Source of the DNA: a virus | Taxonomy: Duplodnaviria; Caudoviricetes | Direction: 5' to 3' (one strand) | DNA length: 64,000 nucleotides | Virus record (IMG/VR): IMGVR_UViG_3300032894_000334 | Coordinates: 4,761 to 68,760 of that record | In this document: piece after piece, positions 53,233-61,874 of the stretch | Numbering within the stretch: position 1 is the first letter of the stretch | Layout: each line of letters starts with the position of its first letter | Program-made: the position numbers and the translations under genes | Notes under the pieces: generated by a model | Database searches by the model: none | What the model was told of the DNA's origin: nothing | The model's input: the letters and a program-made list of their open reading frames with translations, nothing else

Positions 53233-54042
53233 TGATAACTAGCATTATGGTAACTTATTCATTAAAGCCTTGATAATACTAGCATTTCACCCTGTTTTCT
53301 ACCTATTCCTGTGTCAATTCGACACATGGCCGACGCTTTCCCGGCTCCCTCCCTGGCTCTCGATCCAGGTTAAAGAGGCCACCTTTCTTCCTTCCCGGCT
53401 TCCCCTGGCAGGCGATTTCCCGGCTTTCAATCCCTGGGCCTTCTCTGGGATCGTCACCGAAAGAAAGGCTTTGCAGGTCTTTTCTTTTGCCCTTCATCTC
53501 TTGCCCTTTCTTTCTCTTGATCAAGTGGTTAGTCTTATAGTAATTCTATTACTATGTAACCGGCTTCGAGTTTTCTTATACTCTTTTGTGCTGGTTGTTT
53601 TGCTCTTTCCTGTCTTTGCCAGCTTTACCGGGTAACCGGAACCACGTTTTTTAAAAACGCTTATTCTCCTTTATGTTACCCGTTTTTTTTTATGCTGCGA
53701 AAATGTTACCCTATACTTTCGACAAGCCAGCATAAGACTTGCAAGCTTATGCCTGTCTTTGTAACCATGCTACAAAAAGCCTGTGCGGATACCGCACATT
53801 CCGTCCTATCTTTGTAAAAGGAGGTCCGATCCCGGTTTTACGCCAATTCCTGAGAGTCTGGCGCGTCACCTTGAGGCGTGGGGCTATTTCGCGTTCCGTG
53901 TACGCTTCGAGATCCTCTGCACCCCACAAAGGGCCGGCTCCCGTTTGTTCAGCCTGGGCCGCGCTGCGAAGCTTGGCGAGCTTTTCTTGAGCGTCCTTGA
54001 GATCGTCTGTCATGTCTGTTACCTCCTATAAGTTTTGTTACC
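53233..54042. repeat. Largely non-coding region with dispersed GTTAC/GTAAC-core repeats, direct repeats and palindromes
   Basis: TGATAA(TA)CTAGCATT twice; ATGTTACCC at 53673 and 53703; TGTTACC at 54017 and 54036; palindromes at 53625-53635 and 53645-53659. Confidence 0.55.
53747..54013 (-). CDS. Excisionase/AlpA/MerR-type winged-helix DNA-binding protein
   Basis: YTEREIAPRLKVTRQTLRNWRKTGIGPPFTKIGRNVRY. Confidence 0.85.
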   Translation of the reverse strand: MTDDLKDAQEKLAKLRSAAQAEQTGAGPLWGAEDLEAYTEREIAPRLKVTRQTLRNWRKTGIGPPFTKIGRNVRYPHRLFVAWLQRQA

Positions 54043-54201
54043 GATTAACCCGAATAAATCAGGTTTGTCAAGCTATATTTTATGACAATTTGCGGCACGA
54101 TTTGACAAGATTTGTCAAGTCTGAATAAGGCAGGAAAACAGGTAGTTAGAGCCTTGAAAACGTGAAGAACCGCGCCAATACTAGGGACGTTTTTTGTCAA
54201 A
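54043..54201. promoter_or_regulatory. Divergent control region between the two arms
   Basis: Minus -35 TTGACA at 54071-54066; palindromes TTGACAA-GAT-TTGTCAA (54102-54118) and TTTTTTG-T-CAAAAAA (~54190-54204). Confidence 0.5.
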
Positions 54202-54789
54202 AAAGAGGTAGTAAGGGAAAATCAGAGCTAACAGCCCAAGAGAAAGTGCGTCTCTAACATAGTGAAATAATGGTGATTATACGATTGTTGTAAAAACTTG
54301 TTAATATGGCATAAGTCTTGCTACATTTCCCTGTCAGGTGCAACACTTTTCCCCTCTTTGTGACGAAAGGTTGAGCCTGGAAGCAAAGAGGACAACAGCG
54401 GATCATTGACAGCACACAGTACAGCAGACCCCGGAAGAACAGGGAAGCGGTAGGGGTGGGCAGGCTAACGGGCGAATAAGAGCGAGCGCCGAGACAAACC
54501 GCGAGACCGGGAGGGGCAAAAAGCTTTTTACTTGAAGCATGACAGGCAGGGAAAGACAAGGTGACTTATGTTTGGCAGGCCGGGACCGCTTGACTATATT
54601 GGGCCGTTTTGGGGCGCTAGGGCGATTTATACCCCGGCGCGGTGGGATTATCCTCAGACCTTTGGAGGCCACAAAATCAGATCAAAGCCTTCAAAAATTT
54701 CCTGTGATATTGACATTCTAGGGGATCGGCAAACCTGGAGCCAGGTTAATGCGCGTCACCCCTTGATTGAATGGTTGAACACGGAAGGT

Positions 54790-55029
54790 ATGAAAGCTCT
54801 AAGGGCGAGACTGAACGAGCTTTGCTTGGCAACATCAAGCCGTGAGGTTGTTGTTGTAATCTCGAAAGACCGGCGCTTTATCCTGGAGGCAAGCCCACAA
54901 GGTTCTTGGGGTTATCTCTATCTTGGAGCATGGGAGCGCCCGGAATCCTGGGAGGAGCTACCTATTTTGAAACTTGGCGACATGATAGGGGTTGACCTTA
55001 TGGAAGAAAGGCAGGGTGAGGAACTATGA
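54790..55029 (+). CDS. Early-region hypothetical protein
   Basis: Probable start ATG 54790 (MKALRARL) after GAAGG; the longer upstream extension looks non-coding. Confidence 0.55.
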   Translation: MKALRARLNELCLATSSREVVVVISKDRRFILEASPQGSWGYLYLGAWERPESWEELPILKLGDMIGVDLMEERQGEEL

Positions 55030-55331
55030 CAACAGAATTGACCACGTTAGGCTCATATCGGTTGATTGAGAGGATAAACGGCAACCATCATTTCATTGAT
55101 ATGAATGATGTAAAAAACCTTTTAGACGCTGGCGCACCGGGGAGCACGGTAAGACTCAGAAAAGTCCTTGTAAGGTGCGGCTGCGGAAGGTTTTTGTGTC
55201 CTCTCCAAGATGTTCAGCACTTCATTGAGATCATAGAGCGGGACAGAGAAACAGAACCGGACAGAAGCAAAACCGATTACATCAGGGATGTAAGCTTGTT
55301 TGTCGGGGATTGGCCGGAATTCGGAATATAA
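55026..55331 (+). CDS. Hypothetical protein
   Basis: 101 aa, SD GAGGA, ATGA overlap. Confidence 0.7.
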   Translation: MTTELTTLGSYRLIERINGNHHFIDMNDVKNLLDAGAPGSTVRLRKVLVRCGCGRFLCPLQDVQHFIEIIERDRETEPDRSKTDYIRDVSLFVGDWPEFGI

Positions 55332-55406
55332 AAATCTATCATGCTTGCCTGTCATGCTGCGAGTAAAAGGCGGAGTAAGGACAACAACAAAGAGGAGGGC
55401 TAGACA

Positions 55407-56030
55407 ATGGCAGAAGAAGCCAGGGAAATGGAAAGGACGCTAACAAAGGAGATCGGCGCGGCGCTTGGTTACAAGATGGTAGGCGAGCTGAACAGCGAAC
55501 GCCTCCAAGGGCCGCAAGGGGAAAGGCTCAACGTCAAGGTAAGCTGGAGGGATGCCAGCAAAGTCAATATCGACGCTTATGTGCCTTCAGAGCTGGTTGA
55601 TTTCCGGCGCTATGACGACAGGGGAAGCAACGAAATTTATGTGAGCATAGCGCGTGGCGTGCCGACAATAATCAAGGAGATCAAGCGGCGCTTGCTCCCT
55701 GATTATTTGGTGCGGCTGAAAGGCTGTCAAGAGCGAAAGGCACAAGACGACGCACGAAAGGCAGTAAGGAGCGACACCTTAAACCGGCTTAAAAATGCTC
55801 TGGGGCTGTGGGCTGTTGTTGAGGAACCACGCAACACAAGGGACGAAGCAGAAACGATCGTCACACCCTGGAGGCGCGGAAACCCTGGGGTTGAGATCCA
55901 GGTTGAGCATGACAGCAAACACGCAAAAATCACAGTCAAGGAATTAACCATTGATGAAGCTGACACAATGGCGCGGTTCTTGGGTGAAACCTTCAACGCG
56001 AAATGGGAGGCGTTCAAGTATGGGGAATAA
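55407..56030 (+). CDS. Hypothetical protein
   Basis: 207 aa, SD GAGGAGG. Confidence 0.75.
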   Translation: MAEEAREMERTLTKEIGAALGYKMVGELNSERLQGPQGERLNVKVSWRDASKVNIDAYVPSELVDFRRYDDRGSNEIYVSIARGVPTIIKEIKRRLLPDYLVRLKGCQERKAQDDARKAVRSDTLNRLKNALGLWAVVEEPRNTRDEAETIVTPWRRGNPGVEIQVEHDSKHAKITVKELTIDEADTMARFLGETFNAKWEAFKYGE

Positions 56031-56310
56031 ACAAACGTGGTTTGTGGGAGTGAATGAGGCAGGACAGGCAGACACCACGCAAAGGCCGGTACACGGGCCT
56101 TTCTTGTTTGCCTTTGGGCCGTGGCCGTGGAGAACGGCGCAGAAATGGGCGCGAGCCTGGAACGCGCACAGGGAGGAGCACACCCTTATCATGTGCGAAA
56201 CTGAAATCATGTCCGAAGGTGAAGGGATCTGCCAGGGCTGCGGAACTAGTCACCCGTACAATCAAGGAGATTGCACACAACCAGAACAAACAGGAAAACA
56301 TCCTTATTGA
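56020..56310 (+). CDS. Hypothetical protein
   Basis: Start ATG 56020 after GGGAGG; CQGC motif. Confidence 0.5.
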   Translation: MGNKQTWFVGVNEAGQADTTQRPVHGPFLFAFGPWPWRTAQKWARAWNAHREEHTLIMCETEIMSEGEGICQGCGTSHPYNQGDCTQPEQTGKHPY

Positions 56311-56327
56311 AACCAACACACTCAACC

Positions 56328-56350
56328 GGGAGGGGTTGAAAGCCCCTCCC
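56328..56350 (+). promoter_or_regulatory. GC hairpin with GAAA-type loop upstream of an RBS
   Basis: GGGAGGGG-TTGAAAG-CCCCTCCC; near-copy at 60184. Confidence 0.5.
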
Positions 56351-56372
56351 AAAGAAAAGGAGACAGGAGAGT

Positions 56373-57452
56373 ATGAAACAAGGATTAAATTTGCAAGAGC
56401 TTGCCTCTGAGATTATGCGGCAGAGCCAAAACAAAAGGGACTTTCTCGCGCCGACTGACAAGCTTTGGGCAAAGGCTGACGGTAAGACCATCACGCTTGA
56501 GGTCCAAACAAACGGGCAAGCCTCTGAATTCGGCTTGACCACCGGCGCACATTCTCAAATTGCAAACAAGCTTGGGATTCCGGGAAACTATTACAACAGA
56601 ATGGCAGAGGAAATGCCCGACCTTTTGACAACCAATATCAACGCTTGGTTGAGGAAGGAACCGGAAAGGCGACTCGTAAGGACGCTTGACGGTAAGGTGA
56701 GGGCTTTCTTGTCGGATCGCTATGCAGTATGGCAGGACAACGAGCTTGCCCTTGCAGCGAGTCTGCCTGTGCTCGCAGAAAAAAAGGATCTGCAATTTCC
56801 TTCCCTCCTCATCACGGAAAAGAAACTTTATCTTCAATGCTATTTGCCCACCATTCGCGCCGATTTGCCAGCAACAGAGAAACAGAAAGGCGACATTCTT
56901 TATGCAGGGGTGACGATCAGCAACAGCGAAACAGGCTGGGGACGGTTCACGGTTGAAAGGTTAATTTATGTTCTTTCCTGCACCAATGGCATGGTGAGAG
57001 GCGAGAGTATTGGGAGACGGCACATTTCCCGGCGCATCGAAGAAGGTGAAGGAGAGATGGGCGAAGAAAGCTTTTACAGTATGGAAACTATCAGGGCTGA
57101 CATGGAAGCCTTTAAGCTGAAAGTGAGGGACCATGTGAAAGAAGCTTTCAACGAAATCGCTTTCCACAACGACGTTAAGCAAGTGGAGAACGCAAGACAG
57201 AGAAGGATTGAAGCGAAGAATCTTGACGCAACGGTTGTTGAGATCGGGACAAAGCAAGGACTGTTGAAGTCAGAGATTGAAAACGTGCTTGCTAGAGTGA
57301 TCGAGTCAGGGGACTTGTCATCCTGGGGAATCGCGCAGGGAGTAACGAGCCTAGCCAATGACATTGAGGACAACGACAGGGTAGTGGAGCTGGAGCGCAT
57401 CGGCGGGAAGATTATTGACCTGCCTGAGACAGCCTGGAAAATCGCGGCCTAG
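56373..57452 (+). CDS. DUF932-like phage/plasmid protein
   Basis: QIANKLGIP..YY.RM, RTLDGKVRAFLSDRY, ISNSETG, LSCTNGM. Confidence 0.75.
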   Translation: MKQGLNLQELASEIMRQSQNKRDFLAPTDKLWAKADGKTITLEVQTNGQASEFGLTTGAHSQIANKLGIPGNYYNRMAEEMPDLLTTNINAWLRKEPERRLVRTLDGKVRAFLSDRYAVWQDNELALAASLPVLAEKKDLQFPSLLITEKKLYLQCYLPTIRADLPATEKQKGDILYAGVTISNSETGWGRFTVERLIYVLSCTNGMVRGESIGRRHISRRIEEGEGEMGEESFYSMETIRADMEAFKLKVRDHVKEAFNEIAFHNDVKQVENARQRRIEAKNLDATVVEIGTKQGLLKSEIENVLARVIESGDLSSWGIAQGVTSLANDIEDNDRVVELERIGGKIIDLPETAWKIAA

Positions 57453-57472
57453 CATCTTCCTTTTCTTAGGGT

Positions 57473-57504
57473 ATCTCCCCGGCAGCAGACCGGGCCGGGG
57501 AGAT
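57473..57504 (+). promoter_or_regulatory. 11-bp intercistronic hairpin without U-tract
   Basis: ATCTCCCCGGC / GCCGGGGAGAT. Confidence 0.5.
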
Positions 57505-57559
57505 GAACTAAGCGAATGAGGACCACAAACCAAACCACAAACAAAAGGAGGTAACACGG

Positions 57560-58153
57560 ATGGACATTAAAGTATTGAATGGCGAAAGATTTGACTATGG
57601 AGGCGAGACACTACACTTTTTCATCGGTGAGTATGTTGGCGGGATGCCAGCGATCCAGGTTGTTTGTGACGATGGGGAACTATACGCAACGATCACAACA
57701 AACCTGAGCGAACAGGAGCAGGAACGCCTAAACCCTGGAGAATTCTTTGTCAAAACATGGACAGAGAATGAGGCGATCACGCGACACTTGATCGGCCTGG
57801 AAGATTTTTTCATTGATACAGGAAGGAGAGTAAGCATAGGTCATGCGGTGGCACACATTTGGAAAATAAACCCAACCTGGAACCCGGCGAAGGAGCTTAT
57901 TTCACAGGCTGCCGAAGCATCGGAGATGATGGGCGACGACGAGCTAGAGGATTTCGCAAGGCTGCAACAACTTGAACTGAACCACGATGAAAGGGCAGAC
58001 TTTCTTGTTGAGGTGCTTGGCATACAATTCCACCGGGAGAAGTTTGGGGTTGATCCAAGAGCCATGACCATGTGGGGCAAAAAGACTCGAAAGGGCGTGA
58101 GAGAAACAATCAAGACGATCATGTATAAAGTGGAGAACTGGAAAACCGCATAG
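57560..58153 (+). CDS. Hypothetical protein (DUF4313-like N-terminal region)
   Basis: PAIQVVCDDGELYATITTNL...EFFVKTWTENE. Confidence 0.6.
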   Translation: MDIKVLNGERFDYGGETLHFFIGEYVGGMPAIQVVCDDGELYATITTNLSEQEQERLNPGEFFVKTWTENEAITRHLIGLEDFFIDTGRRVSIGHAVAHIWKINPTWNPAKELISQAAEASEMMGDDELEDFARLQQLELNHDERADFLVEVLGIQFHREKFGVDPRAMTMWGKKTRKGVRETIKTIMYKVENWKTA

Positions 58154-58160
58154 CAGAGGG

Positions 58161-58185
58161 AGACAAGGGAGGAGATCCCTTGTCT
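58161..58185 (+). promoter_or_regulatory. 10-bp intercistronic hairpin
   Basis: AGACAAGGGA-GGAGA-TCCCTTGTCT, 7 nt after a stop codon. Confidence 0.5.
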
Positions 58186-58234
58186 TAATGCACCGAAGGC
58201 CGGTCCCAAGTCCGGCGAAAGGAGGTGTTTAGGA

Positions 58235-58426
58235 GTGCGCGGAGTATGGGTTGTGTGTTCAAAGTGCGGGATGGAAGGAACGGCTTATTCACCTTATGAC
58301 GCGCAAAGGCTCTTAGCGGGGCATGACTGCGTGGAACATCTTAAAAGAAGGGAGGTGAAACGTCGAAAAGACATCGTGCAAATACTGTCACAGAGACTTA
58401 GGGCAAAACGAGAAATGCAGGTGTAA
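58235..58426 (+). CDS. Small Zn-finger protein
   Basis: CSKCG...HDC; SD GAAAGGAGG. Confidence 0.55.
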   Translation: MRGVWVVCSKCGMEGTAYSPYDAQRLLAGHDCVEHLKRREVKRRKDIVQILSQRLRAKREMQV

Positions 58427-58482
58427 CGCCCTAAAGATCGAATGGGAAAACTTTTTCGAGATGGTGAAAGGAGTCTCACTAA

Positions 58483-59130
58483 ATGAGCGTGACAAAATCA
58501 GGAACGCTTTTCAAGGCAAAAGAGGAAGCAAGCGCACCAAGCTTTGAGGATATGCTTGCACAGACCACGAAAACTGAACCAAAGGGCAAAGCGAAAAGCA
58601 AAGTCCCGGCGATTCCGTCAGAGGTTGTGCCTGATGATCTGAAACCAAAGGTTGATGATTTTTTGCAGGCAAAGGAGATCAGCAAGAGCGCGGAAGCCCA
58701 AATGACGGTACTAGGACAAGAGATTGAAGGCTTTTGCAAGTCCTATCAGGACGAGAGAGCTTATGAGGGGGCTTTCTCGAAAAGCTACAAGCTGACAGGG
58801 GTTGAGAAAACTTTAACTTACGCTTCTTCAAACCGATGGACGATAAACCCGCAAGACTACAAAGTATTGAGCGACATTCTGGGCGAGCCAGGAAAAAGGC
58901 TTTTGAAAGTAAGCTATTCCGTTCGGCTGCGTGATGAGGTCTTTCAAAAGCCGGAACTGAAAGAAGCGTTGATGAAGATGGTTGGCGCACGGTTCGGGGA
59001 ATTCTTCATTTCCGAGCCTGATGTGAAGGTAAGCGAAACCTTTGACTCCGAGCTGTACGCTGTACTCGACAAAATTCAACTGAACGAGTTTCGGGCTTTT
59101 GCGCGACAGTATAAAGCCTCACTTCGGTAA
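58483..59130 (+). CDS. Hypothetical protein
   Basis: 215 aa, SD AAGGAG. Confidence 0.75.
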   Translation: MSVTKSGTLFKAKEEASAPSFEDMLAQTTKTEPKGKAKSKVPAIPSEVVPDDLKPKVDDFLQAKEISKSAEAQMTVLGQEIEGFCKSYQDERAYEGAFSKSYKLTGVEKTLTYASSNRWTINPQDYKVLSDILGEPGKRLLKVSYSVRLRDEVFQKPELKEALMKMVGARFGEFFISEPDVKVSETFDSELYAVLDKIQLNEFRAFARQYKASLR

Positions 59131-59146
59131 ACAGGAGGGGAGAGAG

Positions 59147-59419
59147 ATGGACGGATACACTTGTTTCAAGAAAATCGGAAAGTGCTGCGAATGTCTCTCC
59201 CCTGTTTACCAGGATATAGCGCAAGAGCCACCGGAACTGGCTTTCACTTGCAACTGCTGCGACCTTTATTACCTGGGAACAGAGGAGGAAATAGACGATG
59301 CTCTTAACTTCTTTTACATACCTTTACCCCGAAAGGCCAACGCTGTTGAGCCTGCAACGGAACAAGGCATTGATTCAAGGATTGAGCAAAAAGGAATGGA
59401 TAGCGGAAAGGAAATATAA
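59147..59419 (+). CDS. Zn-ribbon hypothetical protein
   Basis: CCEC...CNCC; start 59147 after AGGAGG; 3' end overlaps the ligase gene. Confidence 0.5.
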   Translation: MDGYTCFKKIGKCCECLSPVYQDIAQEPPELAFTCNCCDLYYLGTEEEIDDALNFFYIPLPRKANAVEPATEQGIDSRIEQKGMDSGKEI

Positions 59420-59903
59420 CGGGTCAAGGTGTGTGCTCCATTACCTTGACGGAAAATTCACGTTTTGTGATCGGCACGGCAAGGAGCTGAAGTACACGCC
59501 AAACGCTGAAATGACAATAGCCTTGCGGTGGTTGGCAAGGGCAATGAAAGGGTATTGGATTTTTGACGGTGAGCTAAGACACAATAAAACTAAGGGAATC
59601 TCTCACAGGCTGATTTTGTGGGACGTTTTAGTTTCTGAAAACCATCTATTGAACGAGCCTCCCTTTTGGGTAAGGCGAAGCATCCTAGAGGATTACTGCA
59701 CGGTAGAAGGCGAGCCAATAGGCTGCACGAAACATTACCGGGGAGAATGGGCAGAGGTTTATAACTCGGTCCTTGACGATGAGGAGTGCGAAGGGATCAT
59801 TTTGAAAAACCTTAAAGGAGTTTTGAGGATAGGAAGGAGTTCAGCTTTCGATTCTACATGGATGCTCAAAATCAGGAAAACAACAGGGAGGTGGCAATTT
59901 TAA
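59298..59903 (+). CDS. Minimal ATP-dependent DNA ligase-like nucleotidyltransferase (adenylation domain only)
   Basis: Motif I ERKYNG, III IFDGEL, IIIa ILWDVL, IV EGIILK, V WMLKIRK; ends before an OB domain. Confidence 0.8.
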   Translation: MLLTSFTYLYPERPTLLSLQRNKALIQGLSKKEWIAERKYNGSRCVLHYLDGKFTFCDRHGKELKYTPNAEMTIALRWLARAMKGYWIFDGELRHNKTKGISHRLILWDVLVSENHLLNEPPFWVRRSILEDYCTVEGEPIGCTKHYRGEWAEVYNSVLDDEECEGIILKNLKGVLRIGRSSAFDSTWMLKIRKTTGRWQF

Positions 59904-60163
59904 TGGCAATGAGAAAAGCGGAAATCATTGAATGGCTTAACACTCTGGAAGGCGATCCTCTTTGTGGGATTGACGAAAGTGGTCTTGCCTTGCGCCCCGC
60001 TTCACAGACGAAACCCGTTTGGAATTCGCCTTATCTTGAGATTGGTGGCTTGCCTGAGTTTTTTTGCCCAAGCTGCAACGACTTTGTAGAGGCGGAAGTG
60101 GAGAAGGACGGCAGGGAGCTTTGCATGGAATGTGGGCATTTAGTCAAGTCAGGGGATCACTAG
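59903..60163 (+). CDS. Zn-ribbon hypothetical protein
   Basis: CPSC...CMEC; TAATG coupling. Confidence 0.6.
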   Translation: MAMRKAEIIEWLNTLEGDPLCGIDESGLALRPASQTKPVWNSPYLEIGGLPEFFCPSCNDFVEAEVEKDGRELCMECGHLVKSGDH

Positions 60164-60183
60164 AAAAACTGAAAGTGAAAATC

Positions 60184-60205
60184 GTGGGAGGGGAAACCCT
60201 CCCAC
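60184..60205 (+). promoter_or_regulatory. GC hairpin with GAAA tetraloop abutting an SD
   Basis: GTGGGAGGG-GAAA-CCCTCCCAC followed by AGGAGG. Confidence 0.55.
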
Positions 60206-60215
60206 AGGAGGTATC

Positions 60216-60437
60216 GTGATTGATAGGCATTGTAAATCTTGCCGGTTCTGGAATGAAAGGCTGGTAAAGGGATGGGGAGCTTGTTTCATGCTGCCTGAGA
60301 GTAAGGAGGTCCAATTCGACGCTAACTTGAGAGATGGGGAATGGATAGGGATCACAGTCGTAACAAAGGAAACTTTTGGGTGCAATCTCCATGAGTACCC
60401 AGGCGAATATCACTCGAAAGGTGGAGGAGGAAAGTGA
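60216..60437 (+). CDS. Cys-rich hypothetical protein
   Basis: CKSC...C...FGC; GTG start. Confidence 0.6.
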   Translation: MIDRHCKSCRFWNERLVKGWGACFMLPESKEVQFDANLRDGEWIGITVVTKETFGCNLHEYPGEYHSKGGGGK

Positions 60438-60682
60438 TAGATAAGTATTACGCTTTCAAGAAATATGGGATGAGACCGCAAAGCATGAAAAAGATTATCT
60501 TGCTCTTGGTTTTGCTCTTGGTGTCTCAGGGGTGCGTTGCTCCGTATATCCCGTACTTCGATTACGGGATTCCAGCAGTTTACAATTTAATGAAGGAGGT
60601 TGAACGATATGCCCAGGAAAGTGACATTCACCAGGGAAAAGGCGTGGCAAAGACCGGCGACAAAGACTCGCCTCTGCGATAG
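60434..60682 (+). CDS. Putative small lipoprotein
   Basis: MKKIILLLVLLLVSQG-C lipobox (internal start likely). Confidence 0.5.
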   Translation: MIDKYYAFKKYGMRPQSMKKIILLLVLLLVSQGCVAPYIPYFDYGIPAVYNLMKEVERYAQESDIHQGKGVAKTGDKDSPLR

Positions 60683-60812
60683 GTGCGACCACTCATTCAC
60701 CCAAGGTGAAAACATTGTTGTCGAAACAACTCAAGCCAATCGGTTCCGTGGTGATGATGAGGTAAGATTCTTTCACTCATACTGTGATCCGCGGGTTTGG
60801 AGGGAGGCGTGA
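60609..60812 (+). CDS. Zn-finger hypothetical protein
   Basis: CDRC...HSYC; SD AAGGAGG before ATG 60609. Confidence 0.5.
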   Translation: MPRKVTFTREKAWQRPATKTRLCDRCDHSFTQGENIVVETTQANRFRGDDEVRFFHSYCDPRVWREA

Positions 60813-61039
60813 AAATCTATATTGAGATCGAGTGTGACGGTGCAGCCTTTGAGGACAGGCTTTCGGCTGAAGTGGCATATCTCCTCGGAGGAGTAGTGGG
60901 GAAAATAGACCGGATGCTTAAACGTAAGCCGTGCCTGTGTGAAGCCCTGGAGAGTGATGACCTGATCAAAGATTCCAACGGGAACACAGTCGGGCGGGTG
61001 AAAGTGAGGAAGGAAAAAAATGATCCAGGGAAAATGTAA
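60797..61039 (+). CDS. Small phage protein
   Basis: KIYIEIECDGAAFED...IKDSNGNTVG motif. Confidence 0.65.
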   Translation: MEGGVKIYIEIECDGAAFEDRLSAEVAYLLGGVVGKIDRMLKRKPCLCEALESDDLIKDSNGNTVGRVKVRKEKNDPGKM

Positions 61040-61427
61040 AGTCTGCAAAGTTCGGTTTGTCTGGCAATCGTATCGTCCTGGTCGGAACTGTTTTTGTCCG
61101 GCCTGTGGCGAAAAACTCTTTCCAACCACTCAACTTTCTAAGCTGCCGGCCAAAGAGCAAATGCCTGTGGGTTTGTCCCGGGCTTTTGAGATCATCCGGT
61201 CAAGGAGGATGGGCGAATGTCCCGCAGCCGAAGTCTTTGACTTGCCAGCAGAGCGCAGAGAATCATTCTGGCAGGTCCAGGATAGCACGGGCAGGGAAAT
61301 AAGGTTGAGGATAGAGGAAACACCAAAACATTGCCCTAAATGTCAAGCTATGGGAAAACCTGCAATACCAAGTAAACCTTGTGAGCATATAATTGAGGAG
61401 GGGGAGAAATCATGGAAAAAAGAATAA
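61020..61427 (+). CDS. Multi-Cys hypothetical protein
   Basis: CKVC...CPAC...CPKC. Confidence 0.55.
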   Translation: MIQGKCKVCKVRFVWQSYRPGRNCFCPACGEKLFPTTQLSKLPAKEQMPVGLSRAFEIIRSRRMGECPAAEVFDLPAERRESFWQVQDSTGREIRLRIEETPKHCPKCQAMGKPAIPSKPCEHIIEEGEKSWKKE

Positions 61428-61492
61428 ATAACTGGCTGGCTTTTTTGGTGGGCTTTGCACTTGCAGCTTTAAGCCTGCCAATATGGAGGTGA
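61412..61492 (+). CDS. 26-aa membrane peptide
   Basis: Hand translation MEKRINNWLAFLVGFALAALSLPIWR; strong SD. Confidence 0.45.
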   Translation: MEKRINNWLAFLVGFALAALSLPIWR

Positions 61493-61496
61493 ACGT

Positions 61497-61874
61497 ATGA
61501 AAGATGGATATTACTATCTCCACACCAATGGAGATTTGATCTGGAGGAACGCTTTTGTAGTGGATTCGGACGTCACTTACTTCGACTCCGATTTTGTGAA
61601 ACGCCATTGGCCGATCAACGTCAAGGATCGCGGCACAGCTTATCATCTCGTTTATGAGGCATTGGCTTTGGGCGCCAGGATCGAAAGGGTGACAGAGCTG
61701 GCTTCCAAGTGGGGCTTGACGAAAGAGGACAGTTTCGAGTATCTGATAAGACACCCGAACCCCACGGATGACGAGACAAAGGGGATAGACATTTTTATAA
61801 CAGAAATCCTGGGAATGGAAATGGACGCCTACTGGCTCGCTTTTGCGGCATGGGGCAAAAGGAGGGGGAAATGA
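61497..61874 (+). CDS. Hypothetical protein
   Basis: 125 aa, SD GGAGG; YYYLHTNGDLI...FDSDFVKRHW. Confidence 0.75.
   Translation: MKDGYYYLHTNGDLIWRNAFVVDSDVTYFDSDFVKRHWPINVKDRGTAYHLVYEALALGARIERVTELASKWGLTKEDSFEYLIRHPNPTDDETKGIDIFITEILGMEMDAYWLAFAAWGKRRGK

Noticed and set aside
53303-53524. 73-aa minus-strand ORF in the repeat-rich block
   Set aside because: A low-complexity product of the local purine skew, with no convincing SD; treated as probably non-coding.
570-53990. Many plus-strand ORFs in the track opposite the minus-strand genes (e.g. 11252-12280, 14631-15407, 33320-34330, 43899-44513)
   Set aside because: Shadow ORFs: antisense to well-supported genes, with no SD and no recognisable motifs.
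53747-54013. Excisionase-like gene as proof of an integrated prophage
   Set aside because: No integrase, att duplication or host genes in the window. Such winged-helix proteins also act as plain regulators. Lifestyle is unresolved.
54536-55358. 13-bp inverted repeat AGCATGACAGGCA / TGCCTGTCATGCT flanking the first two early genes
   Set aside because: One 13-mer pair is within chance for this much intergenic sequence, and there is no recombinase or transposase nearby.
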